From Candidatus Dojkabacteria bacterium (lineage in GTDB: Bacteria; Patescibacteriota; Dojkabacteria; GCA-002793355): 64,000 bases of DNA. The position numbers and the translations under genes are program-made. The notes below the pieces were generated by a model. It saw nothing but the letters and a program-made list of their open reading frames with translations. It was not told where the DNA came from and did no database searches. Shown here piece after piece: positions 54,975 to 64,000 of the stretch. The stretch is taken from contig CP129470.1 in the NCBI GenBank assembly GCA_030583685.1, positions 810,754 through 874,753 of the forward strand, read 5' to 3'. Every line of letters begins with the position of its first letter. Position 1 is the first letter of the stretch.

Positions 54975-55574
54975 ATGCTACCAATGCCCATGAACTCATA
55001 CTCATCCCTTAAAAAAGAATTTTCAGAATATTGGCGGGAAAAGCCGGTACGAACGATGTTTTGGGTGCGTTTTCTTGCCTATTTCTTAATTTATCTCTCA
55101 CCTTTTTGGGGGATGGTTTTAGCAATATATTTGGATTCCTGGGATTGGGATTATTTGCAAAAATATAACGTGAGTAAGACGTGGTACCACCGAATTGATA
55201 AAGTGGTTGATTTTTTGGAATATTTGGTCATTATACCGCTCGTCCTAACGACCCCTATTGCGCCTTACTATCTGGTATTTCTCATATGGCGAACGGTTGG
55301 GATGGTGTTGTATTTCGTGTATGAGAAAAAGCCCGTCGTATTCGTCATTTTCCCTAATATGGCAGAATACCTTGCATTACTCTATTTCGCCAGTGAACAA
55401 TTCAACTTTGGGTGGGAAGTGACCAGTATATCTTGGCTTGTTGGGTTGTTGGTGTTCAAACTTATTATTGAGTTGCAGTTCCATTATTTTCAACTCTTCT
55501 TACCTATTAAACAGTCCAAACAACCGAAGCTACTTCAGTGGTACGCACGGTTTAATCAATCACTTATCAAGTGA
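54975..55574 (+). CDS. hypothetical polytopic membrane protein
   Basis: 4-5 predicted TM helices and no motif recognised. Confidence 0.4.
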   Translation: MLPMPMNSYSSLKKEFSEYWREKPVRTMFWVRFLAYFLIYLSPFWGMVLAIYLDSWDWDYLQKYNVSKTWYHRIDKVVDFLEYLVIIPLVLTTPIAPYYLVFLIWRTVGMVLYFVYEKKPVVFVIFPNMAEYLALLYFASEQFNFGWEVTSISWLVGLLVFKLIIELQFHYFQLFLPIKQSKQPKLLQWYARFNQSLIK

Positions 55575-56447
55575 TTGCGCGCGAAGAAACGAATTGATGT
55601 AGGCAGCAAACGCATCAACTTCCATTGAGTTACTCGTCATTCGTGGTGAACGATTCGTCTCAAGAATATAAGCCTTGCCCGTCTGTGAGGAGATGAGAAT
55701 GTCAGATCGAGACCACGCAAGAGAAAGGAGGGTATTTGCTTGTTTTGCAATCGTTACTACTTTCTCAGGAACTTTTTCTAGGGGAAGAAACACCTCTGTT
55801 GCACCACCGGCTGCGTGATTCATAAAACTCTCTGAGTTTTTATTCCGGAAACTCTTTTCCGCAGAAAGCAACTTGCCACCACCGATAATTATTCCCCAAT
55901 CAAAATCGTTTGGAATATACTCTTGAAACACAAAATCGATATTTTCGGGAATTTGAAAGAGTTTTCGTTTGAGTTCTTTGCTATTCCTTGCAAGAAAACT
56001 ATGCTTTCCAAATGTTCCTCGTGTATCTTTTGCAATAAGGGGAAATTGACAGACAATTTCAATTTCATTCAGCCGTTTAGAATATTCAGAGGATATACAA
56101 TAGTAAGATCGAGGTTGCGGTAGTTCGCCAAGCGCAAAAAGCACCATATCAACAAGCTTCGAACTTCCTGAGCCTTCCTCAACTAACGTGTGCGCACAGG
56201 AATAATGTGAAAGGTAGAGTGATATGCTTTTTGCAATGTCACGTTTACTCCAAGACCCTGATATCCAAACAAAATCGAATCTGCGCATATCTTTTTTCTT
56301 ATGCAAAATCCTGACGCTTTTATTGACGATAATAACTTCGATATCCTTATAATTCCCTCGTATCAGCCTGACTGACGAATTCAGTTTTTTTTGAACTTCT
56401 CGGAGTTTCAACGGAGGATTCAAAACCAGTATTCGCGGTTTTTTCAT
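55560..56447 (-). CDS. ATP-grasp-fold protein (RimK/glutathione-synthetase-like)
   Basis: FPLIAKDTRGTFGKHSFLA, FVFQEYIP, and the C-terminal ..YILETNRSPRMT.. Confidence 0.45.
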   Translation of the reverse strand: MKKPRILVLNPPLKLREVQKKLNSSVRLIRGNYKDIEVIIVNKSVRILHKKKDMRRFDFVWISGSWSKRDIAKSISLYLSHYSCAHTLVEEGSGSSKLVDMVLFALGELPQPRSYYCISSEYSKRLNEIEIVCQFPLIAKDTRGTFGKHSFLARNSKELKRKLFQIPENIDFVFQEYIPNDFDWGIIIGGGKLLSAEKSFRNKNSESFMNHAAGGATEVFLPLEKVPEKVVTIAKQANTLLSLAWSRSDILISSQTGKAYILETNRSPRMTSNSMEVDAFAAYINSFLRAQSLDK

Positions 56448-57730
56448 TACCGATTCCCCGATGCTCTGTTTGGCACAAAGGTAAGCGCAACCCCTTTCCG
56501 ATTTGCACGACCTGTTCTTCCGATTCTATGTGCGTAATCATCAAAGTTGTTGGGAATATCAAAGTTGATAACGTGACTGACATTGTCAATATCAAGCCCT
56601 CGTGCCGCGACATCGGTAGCCAAAAGGATATTGACTCTTCCGCTCTTAAAGTCTTCGATAGCACGGCTACGTTGATTTTGTCTTTTGTCACCATGGATTG
56701 AGTTGACGCGAAAACCCTTGTCGCGTAACAGCTTCTCAAGCTTATCAACGTGCCATTTCATATTGATAAACACAAGTACTCGCTCAAATTCGTCCTTTCG
56801 AAGCAATTCCATTAAACGAGATATTTTTTCTTCTTTACTTCCGACTCTGATGACATCTTGATCGATGTGTTGCGCAGTTTCGCCTTTTTTGACAGAAACT
56901 CGAACATGATCCGGTTTCAAAATCAGTTTTATGATCTCTTCAATTCGTGGTTCCATCGTTGCCGAAAAGAATAACGATTGTCGTTCTTTTGGAAGAAAGT
57001 TGATGAGGAATTTGATGTCAGTGATAAACCCCATATCTAACATTCGGTCAACTTCATCAAGAACGATTGCAGTGAAGTTGGTTAAATCAAGTGCTTTACG
57101 ATCAATTAAGTCCTTGAGTCGCCCTGGTGTTCCTACGACAAATTGCGGATTTCTTCGTAACTGCGAAATCTGAGAAGAAATGTTTGCACCGCCAATACAC
57201 ATTGCTCCTGACATGCGAAGATCCCAGGTGAGAAGGTACAATTCATCTGCAATTTGTTCTGCGAGTTCACGTGTTGGGGTAATGATGAGTACTCGTTCTC
57301 TCTGATTTTTTGAAACTTTATCGACAAGCGGGATCAAAAAGGCTGCGGTCTTCCCCGTTCCTGTGTTTGCAATTCCAAGAATATCTTTCCCTGCGAGTGC
57401 ATGGGGGATAGACTGGTCTTGAATAGGAGTTGGATGCGCGAATCCTTTCGACACAATGTTTCTCTTGAGTGTCTCGTTGATTGCTAATTCTGAAAATTGG
57501 AAAGAATGTTTATATGGCGCTTCTTCCTCGAGTGGTCGCGCTTTATTGATAAACTTTCGTTCATCGATATATTCCTCACCCCGTCTGCCTCTTCCCTTCA
57601 CATTGTGAGGAGAATTACGTCTAAAGCGAGCTGGTGCATTGCCACTCGGTCTATTGCCTCGTGGTGCAAAATTATTGCGAAAAGCCATGATACTGGTTAT
57701 TAAATTATTCGCACAAAACGACACGAACAA
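56447..57730 (-). CDS. DEAD-box ATP-dependent RNA helicase (DEVD variant) with an Arg-rich N-terminal extension
   Basis: Q-motif, ANTGTGKTAAF, PTRELA, DEVDRM, SAT, and HRIGRTGRAN. About 60 aa of R/G/N-rich N-terminus. Confidence 0.9.
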   Translation of the reverse strand: MFVSFCANNLITSIMAFRNNFAPRGNRPSGNAPARFRRNSPHNVKGRGRRGEEYIDERKFINKARPLEEEAPYKHSFQFSELAINETLKRNIVSKGFAHPTPIQDQSIPHALAGKDILGIANTGTGKTAAFLIPLVDKVSKNQRERVLIITPTRELAEQIADELYLLTWDLRMSGAMCIGGANISSQISQLRRNPQFVVGTPGRLKDLIDRKALDLTNFTAIVLDEVDRMLDMGFITDIKFLINFLPKERQSLFFSATMEPRIEEIIKLILKPDHVRVSVKKGETAQHIDQDVIRVGSKEEKISRLMELLRKDEFERVLVFINMKWHVDKLEKLLRDKGFRVNSIHGDKRQNQRSRAIEDFKSGRVNILLATDVAARGLDIDNVSHVINFDIPNNFDDYAHRIGRTGRANRKGVALTFVPNRASGNR

Positions 57731-57931
57731 TACGTGTGATGCCTAATTTGTGGGAATTGGTATATCCCGAGGCACAAGCCCCGAGGAGTATTAACAACCG
57801 AAGCTTTACGCGAGAGAAATCTCTCGAAATTGCAGTATTTCTACTGTAATGTCGTTACTGTAAGTGAATTATACCACAGTAAGTGGAAGACTACTACTTT
57901 TCGTTTTTACGAGTATGAGTAATTTATGTCG

Positions 57932-58576
57932 TTATCGCTCAAACTTCCAATAGTACCAGAACGAATAGCCAACAGTCATAATGAGCATCGCCAGTAACGT
58001 TCCAAGAAATACAAAAATTGCAGCATCTCCGAGAATAACAGTTGGTAACAGCAGAAATGAGCCATAAGTAAAGACCTTGCTTCCAACTCTGTGCGTTTCA
58101 TCCCAGTTCTTATCACTGTTGAGCGTCCAGGGTGTGCGAATACCTATGGAATAGTTTCTTTTTGATACCTGAAGTAATCTACCGACACCAAAGAAAAGTA
58201 TAGAGATGGCAGGAATAATAAAGTAATTAATAGGGAACTCATAACCTAATGCAGACAACGTGGTATATCCATATAGTGCCACAAAAAAGGAGGTCATAAG
58301 AACCACAAAAAAGCCAAAATTCGGGGCAAATTTTTGAATATTTGAATACTTTGGATCAAGATAAGGGAGAATCATCATGAGGATGGGAAGGAACGCCGAA
58401 AGTCCGAGGAAAAAGAAAACGTGAAAATGACGAGACTGGTAGGCATCAACTTGTCCCGCAGCGTTCCAATGGCTGGGTACCTGTTCTGGAAGGTGAGGGT
58501 AAATAAACCACGTTATCAGTGCCGCGAGTGCGACAATGCTTAATGAGGCGTACAAATATTTTTTATCCATGTTCAA
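57932..58576 (-). CDS. DUF1648 / SdpI-YhfL-like membrane protein
   Basis: N-terminal ..YPHLPEQVPSHWNAAGQVDAYQSRH.. followed by 4 TM segments. Confidence 0.5.
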   Translation of the reverse strand: MNMDKKYLYASLSIVALAALITWFIYPHLPEQVPSHWNAAGQVDAYQSRHFHVFFFLGLSAFLPILMMILPYLDPKYSNIQKFAPNFGFFVVLMTSFFVALYGYTTLSALGYEFPINYFIIPAISILFFGVGRLLQVSKRNYSIGIRTPWTLNSDKNWDETHRVGSKVFTYGSFLLLPTVILGDAAIFVFLGTLLAMLIMTVGYSFWYYWKFER

Positions 58577-58630
58577 GTATACCGCGAATGTCCCTAGAAA
58601 GAAAAGTGAGTATCTTGTACACTCTCAATA

Positions 58631-59158
58631 ATGACCCAAGAAGAATTAGCAGAATTCTACGATGCACATATTGAAAAAATATATAGATTCTTCTTTTACA
58701 AAGTCGCTAACAGAGTCATTGCTGAGGATTTAACCAGCCAAACCTTTTTGCAATTCGTAAAAGCACTAAAAAAGCAGGAGTTTGAGAATACAAAAGCATA
58801 CCTGTACGGAATAGCCAAATTCGTTCTCCTAGATTACCTTCGTCAGAAGTATAAGCGGGTAGAAATCCCCTTAGATGATGAAATTGATTATTCTGTAGAA
58901 ATGGGGGTACAGCATCTTGATGTCTTTACTTTACTTGAGAAATTTCTTCCACAGTTGCCTAAAAAGCAACAGGAGATTCTAACCCTTCGCTTTATCGAAA
59001 AAAATAGCGTGAGTGAAACTGCAAAGAGAATCGGGAGAGACGTAAACTATGTGAGCACAACCCAAAAAAGAGCATTTCATTCACTTCGAAAGTTGCTCGA
59101 CTGTACAGATGCTTCGACTAATATTACAGAGGAACAAACAGATGAAACAGAAACATAG
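58631..59158 (+). CDS. ECF-type RNA polymerase sigma factor
   Basis: Region 2 (..FFYKVANRVIAEDLTSQTFLQF..) and region 4 HTH (..QQEILTLRFIEKNSVSETAKRIGRDVNYV..). Confidence 0.75.
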   Translation: MTQEELAEFYDAHIEKIYRFFFYKVANRVIAEDLTSQTFLQFVKALKKQEFENTKAYLYGIAKFVLLDYLRQKYKRVEIPLDDEIDYSVEMGVQHLDVFTLLEKFLPQLPKKQQEILTLRFIEKNSVSETAKRIGRDVNYVSTTQKRAFHSLRKLLDCTDASTNITEEQTDETET

Positions 59159-61085
59159 AAAATCTCCTTCACCAGAAACTGGTATTGAAGAGATTCAACA
59201 ACTCATTCGGGAAGCTGCAGCTCCGCGAGGAAAGTTTGTTACTGCATTAAAAAGGCAGGTACTTTCTGGAACTACTGAAAACCCTCGAACTAATTTAATG
59301 TCCCACTTCATGAAAAAACTATCCCCGAAATTCATGAAAATTGGTGGAATCGCAGTTGCTACTGTTCTTGTTGCAGGAACAGTCACGCTTGCGTACCTCA
59401 CTCAACCAGTTTCTCTTGCGAATCAGCAAGAGATTTTACGTAAAATAGCACTGGCGAACGAGAATCGTACTCAGGATTCTCGGGCTGAGACGATGAGTTC
59501 TGAAAAGAAAATGGACGCAGCCTTAACGATGATGCTCGCAGAAAAAGACTATAATTTTCGTACAGCAAAGACTACGTATTCTTACGGTGTAGCTGCAAAT
59601 TCATGTGCTGCAATGGTACCCTATGAGGGCGTTGTCACGAGCGAAGAAGTGAAAGAATTTTACTCCAACAAGAAGGAGCCTCAGGCAAAGTATTCAAGTT
59701 ACGCAACCTATGTTAGTGGTGACGTGTTTGAGTATCATCTCTTAGCTGAAAATGTTGAATGGGAATATCGAGGTGGCTCATATGCGGTTCGTTTACTTAA
59801 TGTTCCACGAATGTATCTCTTGGAGGCTTCGATAAAAATGACTGATACAGGGAACGAAAGTGAAGGTACTGACGTCGTTACCGAAGTACCCGTTATTGAC
59901 GAGGAAACTTCAGAAGAAATTCCTCCAATGGAAAATGAGAACCCAAATCAAGCACCTGAAATGCCAGGAGAAATTCTTCCCTCTGAAGAACCTCCTGTTG
60001 CACCAGAGCCTACGGTTGAACCAATCGATCCAATAAAGGAGCGGTTTGGCGAAAATGCAAAACTTCTTGGCCAAACAACCAGCAACGGGAGAAAGGCATA
60101 CAAAATAGAATGGTCTTATCAAGGATATTGCGCTTTTCCTGAGGGCCCTGCAGGTGACACGGTTGTTTCCTCAGAAGGAGACACCAAAATTGTGATCGTT
60201 GCTCTTGCAGACAGTGAGACGTTCGAGATTTTTAGTGAATCCTTCTATAAAGGGACAACTGCGACAAGAAATCACATTTTCACTCGAGAAGTCTCCGAAG
60301 TGAAACAAGACGGTGTCTCTGAAAACGCAGTAAAACAGCAGTTCCAATTCCCATTTCAGGTTGAAACCAGGGATGTTGATTATGCAAAAACAAATTATGA
60401 GCAAGCATATCGACAAGGGGTATTTGCTGAATTACGGAAAAAAGGGGGCAATGTGGTCACGCTTTCCGAAGGATTTACCTTCCAGTCGATAAATATCCCT
60501 AATATCACAGTTATTGTTGAAACTGAGAAGCATCGGTATGATCGAAACTTCTACTCTCCCGCAGCATATGGAACAAAGGCGTTTACTAATATGACACGAG
60601 TACACTCAAGTTCCAATAAGGGTGCTCAAGCGTCAGTAATACTTTCTTACGAAGGAAAAAAGTCACCGCTATCTTGGATTACCTTGTATAATTATGCAGG
60701 ACAACCATCTCTATCTGACATTGCGCTTGGCTTGGGGTATGACAATGCTTTTTCGGAAATTGGCACGGCGACCGTACAAATTTCAGGTAACTCTGTTACG
60801 GGTTCGGTGTACTCACTGACTGCGGGTGGTCGAAACCCAGGGGGGAGTGCTGAAGACCAAAAACTACCACGAGAAGAAATTCAAGCGACAAGAGATATTC
60901 TTGCTGTTTTTAGCGTAGAAGGAAATACCATTGTGGTGCAATCTCATTTGCCAGCAACAACACAGGCTGCTGATGTTTCAAAATGGCTGAAATTCCAAGT
61001 AGTTTCAGTAAGTGATCAGACTGCACTTGATAAGGCGTTTCCGCCAGTTGAAGCAGGTGGGATTCCAGAATTATATGCTCGCTAG
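59142..61085 (+). CDS. putative anti-sigma factor with a large extracytoplasmic domain
   Basis: Overlaps the sigma gene by 17 nt. Short cytoplasmic N-terminus, a single TM (IGGIAVATVLVAGTVTLAYL), an acidic Pro/Glu-rich linker, and a roughly 350-aa beta-rich C-terminal domain. Confidence 0.5.
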   Translation: MKQKHRKSPSPETGIEEIQQLIREAAAPRGKFVTALKRQVLSGTTENPRTNLMSHFMKKLSPKFMKIGGIAVATVLVAGTVTLAYLTQPVSLANQQEILRKIALANENRTQDSRAETMSSEKKMDAALTMMLAEKDYNFRTAKTTYSYGVAANSCAAMVPYEGVVTSEEVKEFYSNKKEPQAKYSSYATYVSGDVFEYHLLAENVEWEYRGGSYAVRLLNVPRMYLLEASIKMTDTGNESEGTDVVTEVPVIDEETSEEIPPMENENPNQAPEMPGEILPSEEPPVAPEPTVEPIDPIKERFGENAKLLGQTTSNGRKAYKIEWSYQGYCAFPEGPAGDTVVSSEGDTKIVIVALADSETFEIFSESFYKGTTATRNHIFTREVSEVKQDGVSENAVKQQFQFPFQVETRDVDYAKTNYEQAYRQGVFAELRKKGGNVVTLSEGFTFQSINIPNITVIVETEKHRYDRNFYSPAAYGTKAFTNMTRVHSSSNKGAQASVILSYEGKKSPLSWITLYNYAGQPSLSDIALGLGYDNAFSEIGTATVQISGNSVTGSVYSLTAGGRNPGGSAEDQKLPREEIQATRDILAVFSVEGNTIVVQSHLPATTQAADVSKWLKFQVVSVSDQTALDKAFPPVEAGGIPELYAR

Positions 61086-61127
61086 AGTCGTTCACTAACG
61101 GCGGTGATAAGGCACCGTTGTTCAAAA

Positions 61128-61161
61128 GGGGAGTTGCTGCAAAGCAACTCCCCTTTTTTTT
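61128..61161. terminator. rho-independent terminator
   Basis: GGGGAGTTGC-TGCAAA-GCAACTCCCC followed by T8. Confidence 0.8.
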
Positions 61162-61305
61162 ACCTCGAATACAAGGAGTGGGGGGGGGAGATTTCCAAAG
61201 AAATCCACACAAGCATCAGCCGAGTTGGCACAGAAGAATCGATTCGCGTAATCCTGTCTATACAGAAATACAAGTAATCAATGGTATTCTCTTGTGAGAG
61301 AAAGG

Positions 61306-63288
61306 CTATTTCGTCTTGAGAATATAGCTTCTGGTCACTGTTTGCTTTGTTGCTATGTCTTCAAAACGCACGATGTAGGCATAGGATCGTTTTGAAGGAA
61401 GGAGGTATTGACTTCGAACATGCATTGAGGATGAGGTACGTTTTGTGATTACAATAGGGCGGTAGTACTGAAGTGAATAATCAAAAAGTGCTACGTGTAC
61501 AACGCGTACTTTTTTGGGATCAAAGTTCCTAAAGCGCATGGTATCCCCTTGATACAATTGCTTCGAAGTGTAGGTTTGATTCTCTCGAAGTTTTGAGAAA
61601 TAAAAGGTAACATTCTGAAGTGATGAAGGAATAAAGCTTGGTGTTGGTGTTGGCGTATACGTAATGGTTGGGGATGGTGTGCGAGTTGCGGTGACAATTG
61701 GCGTTGTTGGTGCTGGTGACGTCGCTGCAATCGTTGTGGTTATAGGAGGCGTTGTTGCTGCGATAGTCGTTGTAACTGGTGGGGTAGTAACGGCAATCGT
61801 TGTGCTTACAGGAGGTGTTGTTGTGATTGGCGCGGTTGTAGTGACGGGTGGCGATGTGGTAACCGGAGCGGTTGTAGACACTGTCACCGTGGCGGTTCCT
61901 GTTACTGTTCCTTCTGGTTGATATTCGTGTGCACCGATATCATATGCACCACCATGAGGACGTGGTAAACCATAGGCATCCAGAGTAAGGGCTACGGTTG
62001 TTCCTGCATTAATTGCAGGGGAAGATGACTGTAGTTTAAATGAATTTCTATCGTCAAATACGGGGGCTTTAACGAGTTTTACGTCGCCCGATTTATCTGT
62101 TGCACTTCTTACCGTTGAAGAGGGAAGTTTCGTTCCAACCCAGAAGTTGTTACTAAAGGTCAAGCCTGCGTTACTGGGAACATAAACAAGCTTATCGTCT
62201 GGTTGATGGATTATATTATTTGCAATGATGGTTCCTGAGTGAGACCCATCGCTATTTAGCGTTAAGGCTGTATTATGACTTCCCCAAAGAGTATTATTAA
62301 TAATTTTGACGTTCTTTAAACCACCTCCTGCAACTTCAGTTTCCCAATACATGATGCCACGGTTACAGTATGCGAGAAGGTTATTACTGATAGTGACATT
62401 ATTAAGCTGTGCTCCCCAGCCGGTGTATTGTTCTACACCTATCAAAATTGCAGAGGGATGATTTCCTTCTCGGTTATATTTTTTATTTGAGGTACATGTA
62501 GCCATATTTCTATCAATCACGACGTCACTTGAGTTATCAATATAAATATTGACACTATAATTGTCGTATGAATGATTGTTATGAACAGTGACTCGCTTTC
62601 CCTTGGTAACTGCAATTCCTTCTCCATAATTGTGGTAAATTCTGTTATAACGCAATACAATATCTTCTCCTCCTTCACTTACTTTTAACCCTGAACCCCA
62701 ACTACAGTTACTGGTACACCCAGCGTTCTCCATGTTCGTATCGTATGCCGTGCTGTTTTCGACGAGAATGTTTTTTCCGCCGACGTTAATCCCATGCGTT
62801 CCACATCCTGTCACTGTTACTTGAGAAACGGTGTTGTGTTGCCCTTTAATGGAGGCACACACTTTATCAGCGTTCTTAAAGGTTATTCCAGAGATATCTA
62901 AGTAAGAACCAAGCACATCTGCGACCGGATTGATTGTTTCACCTCCATCAAAGACGACAGTTGCACCAGGTGCTGCTTGAATCTTTATTCTCATAGATGC
63001 GGTACCTGATGTAGTAATTAGAAATTTATGGGTATACGTGCCCGAAAGTATTTGTAAGGTATCACCAGGTTGTAAGAGGCTGTTTGCTTTAGAAATTGTT
63101 TTTACGGGTTGTGTCTGCGTTCCTGGATTTGAATCGTTACCATTTGGGGAGAGGTAGAGAATCCTTCCTGTATTGGCAGAGGTGTTATTGTTGACAGAGT
63201 CTTCTCGCTGAATCCAATATACGAGCCCGATAGCAAGACCGACTTGAAGCACTACGAGTGCAGTAATGAGCAGTTGTTTCTTATTCAT
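61306..63288 (-). CDS. secreted/anchored right-handed parallel beta-helix (pectate-lyase-fold) protein with a Thr/Pro-rich repeat linker
   Basis: N-terminal signal anchor (MNKKQLLITALVVLQVGLAIGLVY). Repeated NN..N beta-helix rungs (..IINNTLWGSHNTALTLNSDG..). An 11-aa Thr/Pro repeat, then a C-terminal beta domain. The ORF track's GTG start at 63303 was replaced by ATG 63288. Confidence 0.6.
   Translation of the reverse strand: MNKKQLLITALVVLQVGLAIGLVYWIQREDSVNNNTSANTGRILYLSPNGNDSNPGTQTQPVKTISKANSLLQPGDTLQILSGTYTHKFLITTSGTASMRIKIQAAPGATVVFDGGETINPVADVLGSYLDISGITFKNADKVCASIKGQHNTVSQVTVTGCGTHGINVGGKNILVENSTAYDTNMENAGCTSNCSWGSGLKVSEGGEDIVLRYNRIYHNYGEGIAVTKGKRVTVHNNHSYDNYSVNIYIDNSSDVVIDRNMATCTSNKKYNREGNHPSAILIGVEQYTGWGAQLNNVTISNNLLAYCNRGIMYWETEVAGGGLKNVKIINNTLWGSHNTALTLNSDGSHSGTIIANNIIHQPDDKLVYVPSNAGLTFSNNFWVGTKLPSSTVRSATDKSGDVKLVKAPVFDDRNSFKLQSSSPAINAGTTVALTLDAYGLPRPHGGAYDIGAHEYQPEGTVTGTATVTVSTTAPVTTSPPVTTTAPITTTPPVSTTIAVTTPPVTTTIAATTPPITTTIAATSPAPTTPIVTATRTPSPTITYTPTPTPSFIPSSLQNVTFYFSKLRENQTYTSKQLYQGDTMRFRNFDPKKVRVVHVALFDYSLQYYRPIVITKRTSSSMHVRSQYLLPSKRSYAYIVRFEDIATKQTVTRSYILKTK
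61690..61930. repeat. tandem 33-nt (11-aa TTPP[VI]TTTIAA) repeats inside the beta-helix protein gene
   Basis: About 5-6 imperfect copies. The antisense frame gives a spurious Val/Gly-rich ORF (61664-61921). Confidence 0.6.
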
Positions 63289-63309
63289 GCACTCATGGTA
63301 CACGAAGAT

Positions 63310-64000
63310 TTACAATTCTTCAATCGGAAGTTGTTCAGTCAGAAAATGTTTGACTGCTTCGATACTTTCTGTGTCAATAACTGAGCAGAGAACAAAAGGA
63401 ATCTTTTTTTTGGAAAAGTAGGTTTTAAGTTCCTGCAGTGTTTCTGGTGAGGCTTCATCAGTTTTTGTTATGATGACGCATGTTTTTTTTGAAGAAAGTG
63501 CCGAGTCAATACGAGTAATTTCTTTGGAGAGAGACTCGTATCGTGTCATTGCGTTGAGCGCACTTGAGTCAACGAGGTGAGCAATAAGCGTTGCAGTTTC
63601 GGTATGCTGAACAAAGTGAGTGCCCAATCCTTTGCCTTCGTGGGTGCCGTCGATAAGTCCAGGGAGGTCGAGAATTTTTATGGTACCCATTCGTCCAAGT
63701 TTTGGAGTCAGTGTGGTGAACTCATAGTTGCCAACCTTTGCCTTCGCTTGGGTTAATGTATTCAGCAAGCTCGATTTTCCAACGTTAGGGTAGCCAATAA
63801 GAAGGATATCGGCATCAATTTTGTATACGAGTGTGAATATTCCTTCTTCACCCATTCTTTCTTCTTCGGTAAGAGGTGTCCATGTTGGGTGTTTTTTTAG
63901 TGTTAAATTTCCCTTGTCACCACGTCCTCCTTTGAGTAATTTCTCAGTTTGTCCATTCTCTGTGATGGTTGTGACGAGTTCGCCATCCTTGTAGATCTCC
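63310..64000 (-). CDS. obg: GTPase Obg/CgtA, C-terminal two-thirds (5' end beyond window)
   Basis: The reading frame stays open upstream of the ORF-track Met (..ENGQTEKLLKGGRGDKGNLTLKK..). G domain ADILLIGYPNVGKSSLL and DLPGLIDGTHEGKGLG. Confidence 0.85.
   Translation of the reverse strand, partial: EIYKDGELVTTITENGQTEKLLKGGRGDKGNLTLKKHPTWTPLTEEERMGEEGIFTLVYKIDADILLIGYPNVGKSSLLNTLTQAKAKVGNYEFTTLTPKLGRMGTIKILDLPGLIDGTHEGKGLGTHFVQHTETATLIAHLVDSSALNAMTRYESLSKEITRIDSALSSKKTCVIITKTDEASPETLQELKTYFSKKKIPFVLCSVIDTESIEAVKHFLTEQLPIEEL

Noticed and set aside
61664-61921. Val/Gly-rich 85-aa plus-strand ORF
   Set aside because: It is the antisense reading of the Thr/Pro tandem repeats in the beta-helix protein gene.
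1-64000. CRISPR arrays, rRNA genes, IS/transposase genes
   Set aside because: No short regularly spaced direct repeats, no rRNA-like conserved stretches and no DDE/HUH transposase or integrase ORF were seen in the window.

Overview
The 64-kb window is a gene-dense stretch of bacterial chromosome, about 40-45% GC by eye with coding on both strands. It reads like a small-genome lineage with a Gram-positive-type envelope, possibly Patescibacteria/CPR-like, but I could not confirm taxonomy.

Backbone genes present:
- gatB 3' end.
- tig, tRNA-Arg(CCT), clpP, then thrS-infC-rpmI-rplT-pheS-pheT.
- A class A PBP, recG and a SpoU-class methylase.
- A truncated dcw cluster: mraZ-rsmH-ftsL-ftsI-mraY.
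- yebC-ruvC and a class II photolyase.
- A DEAD-box helicase, an ECF sigma/anti-sigma pair, and the obg 3' region.

Many genes have a TATAAT-type -10 box 4-13 nt upstream of the start codon, sometimes with a -35 at 17 nt spacing, which suggests frequent leaderless or near-leaderless transcription.

Accessory or unusual content:
1. A tRNA-Ser(CGA) followed 250 bp later by an 18-nt copy of its 3' end (an att-like scar). Next to it sit a C-protein-like HTH and a DUF262-DUF1524 (GmrSD/BrxU/SspE-family) nuclease.
2. A VirD4/TrwB-like coupling-protein ATPase and a convergent 648-aa orphan protein, placed exactly where murD/ftsW/murG would follow mraY.
3. A translationally coupled surface operon encoding cohesin-like, dockerin-like and Ig-like proteins, divergent from a sortase.
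4. A thrS homologue in the canonical operon position whose zinc-ligand residues appear substituted.
5. A Fic-like protein with a degenerate active-site motif.
6. An XRE-HTH::HAD fusion, a SET-domain protein and a LURP/tubby-like protein.

No CRISPR array, rRNA or recognisable transposase was seen. All calls rest on motif recognition by eye.
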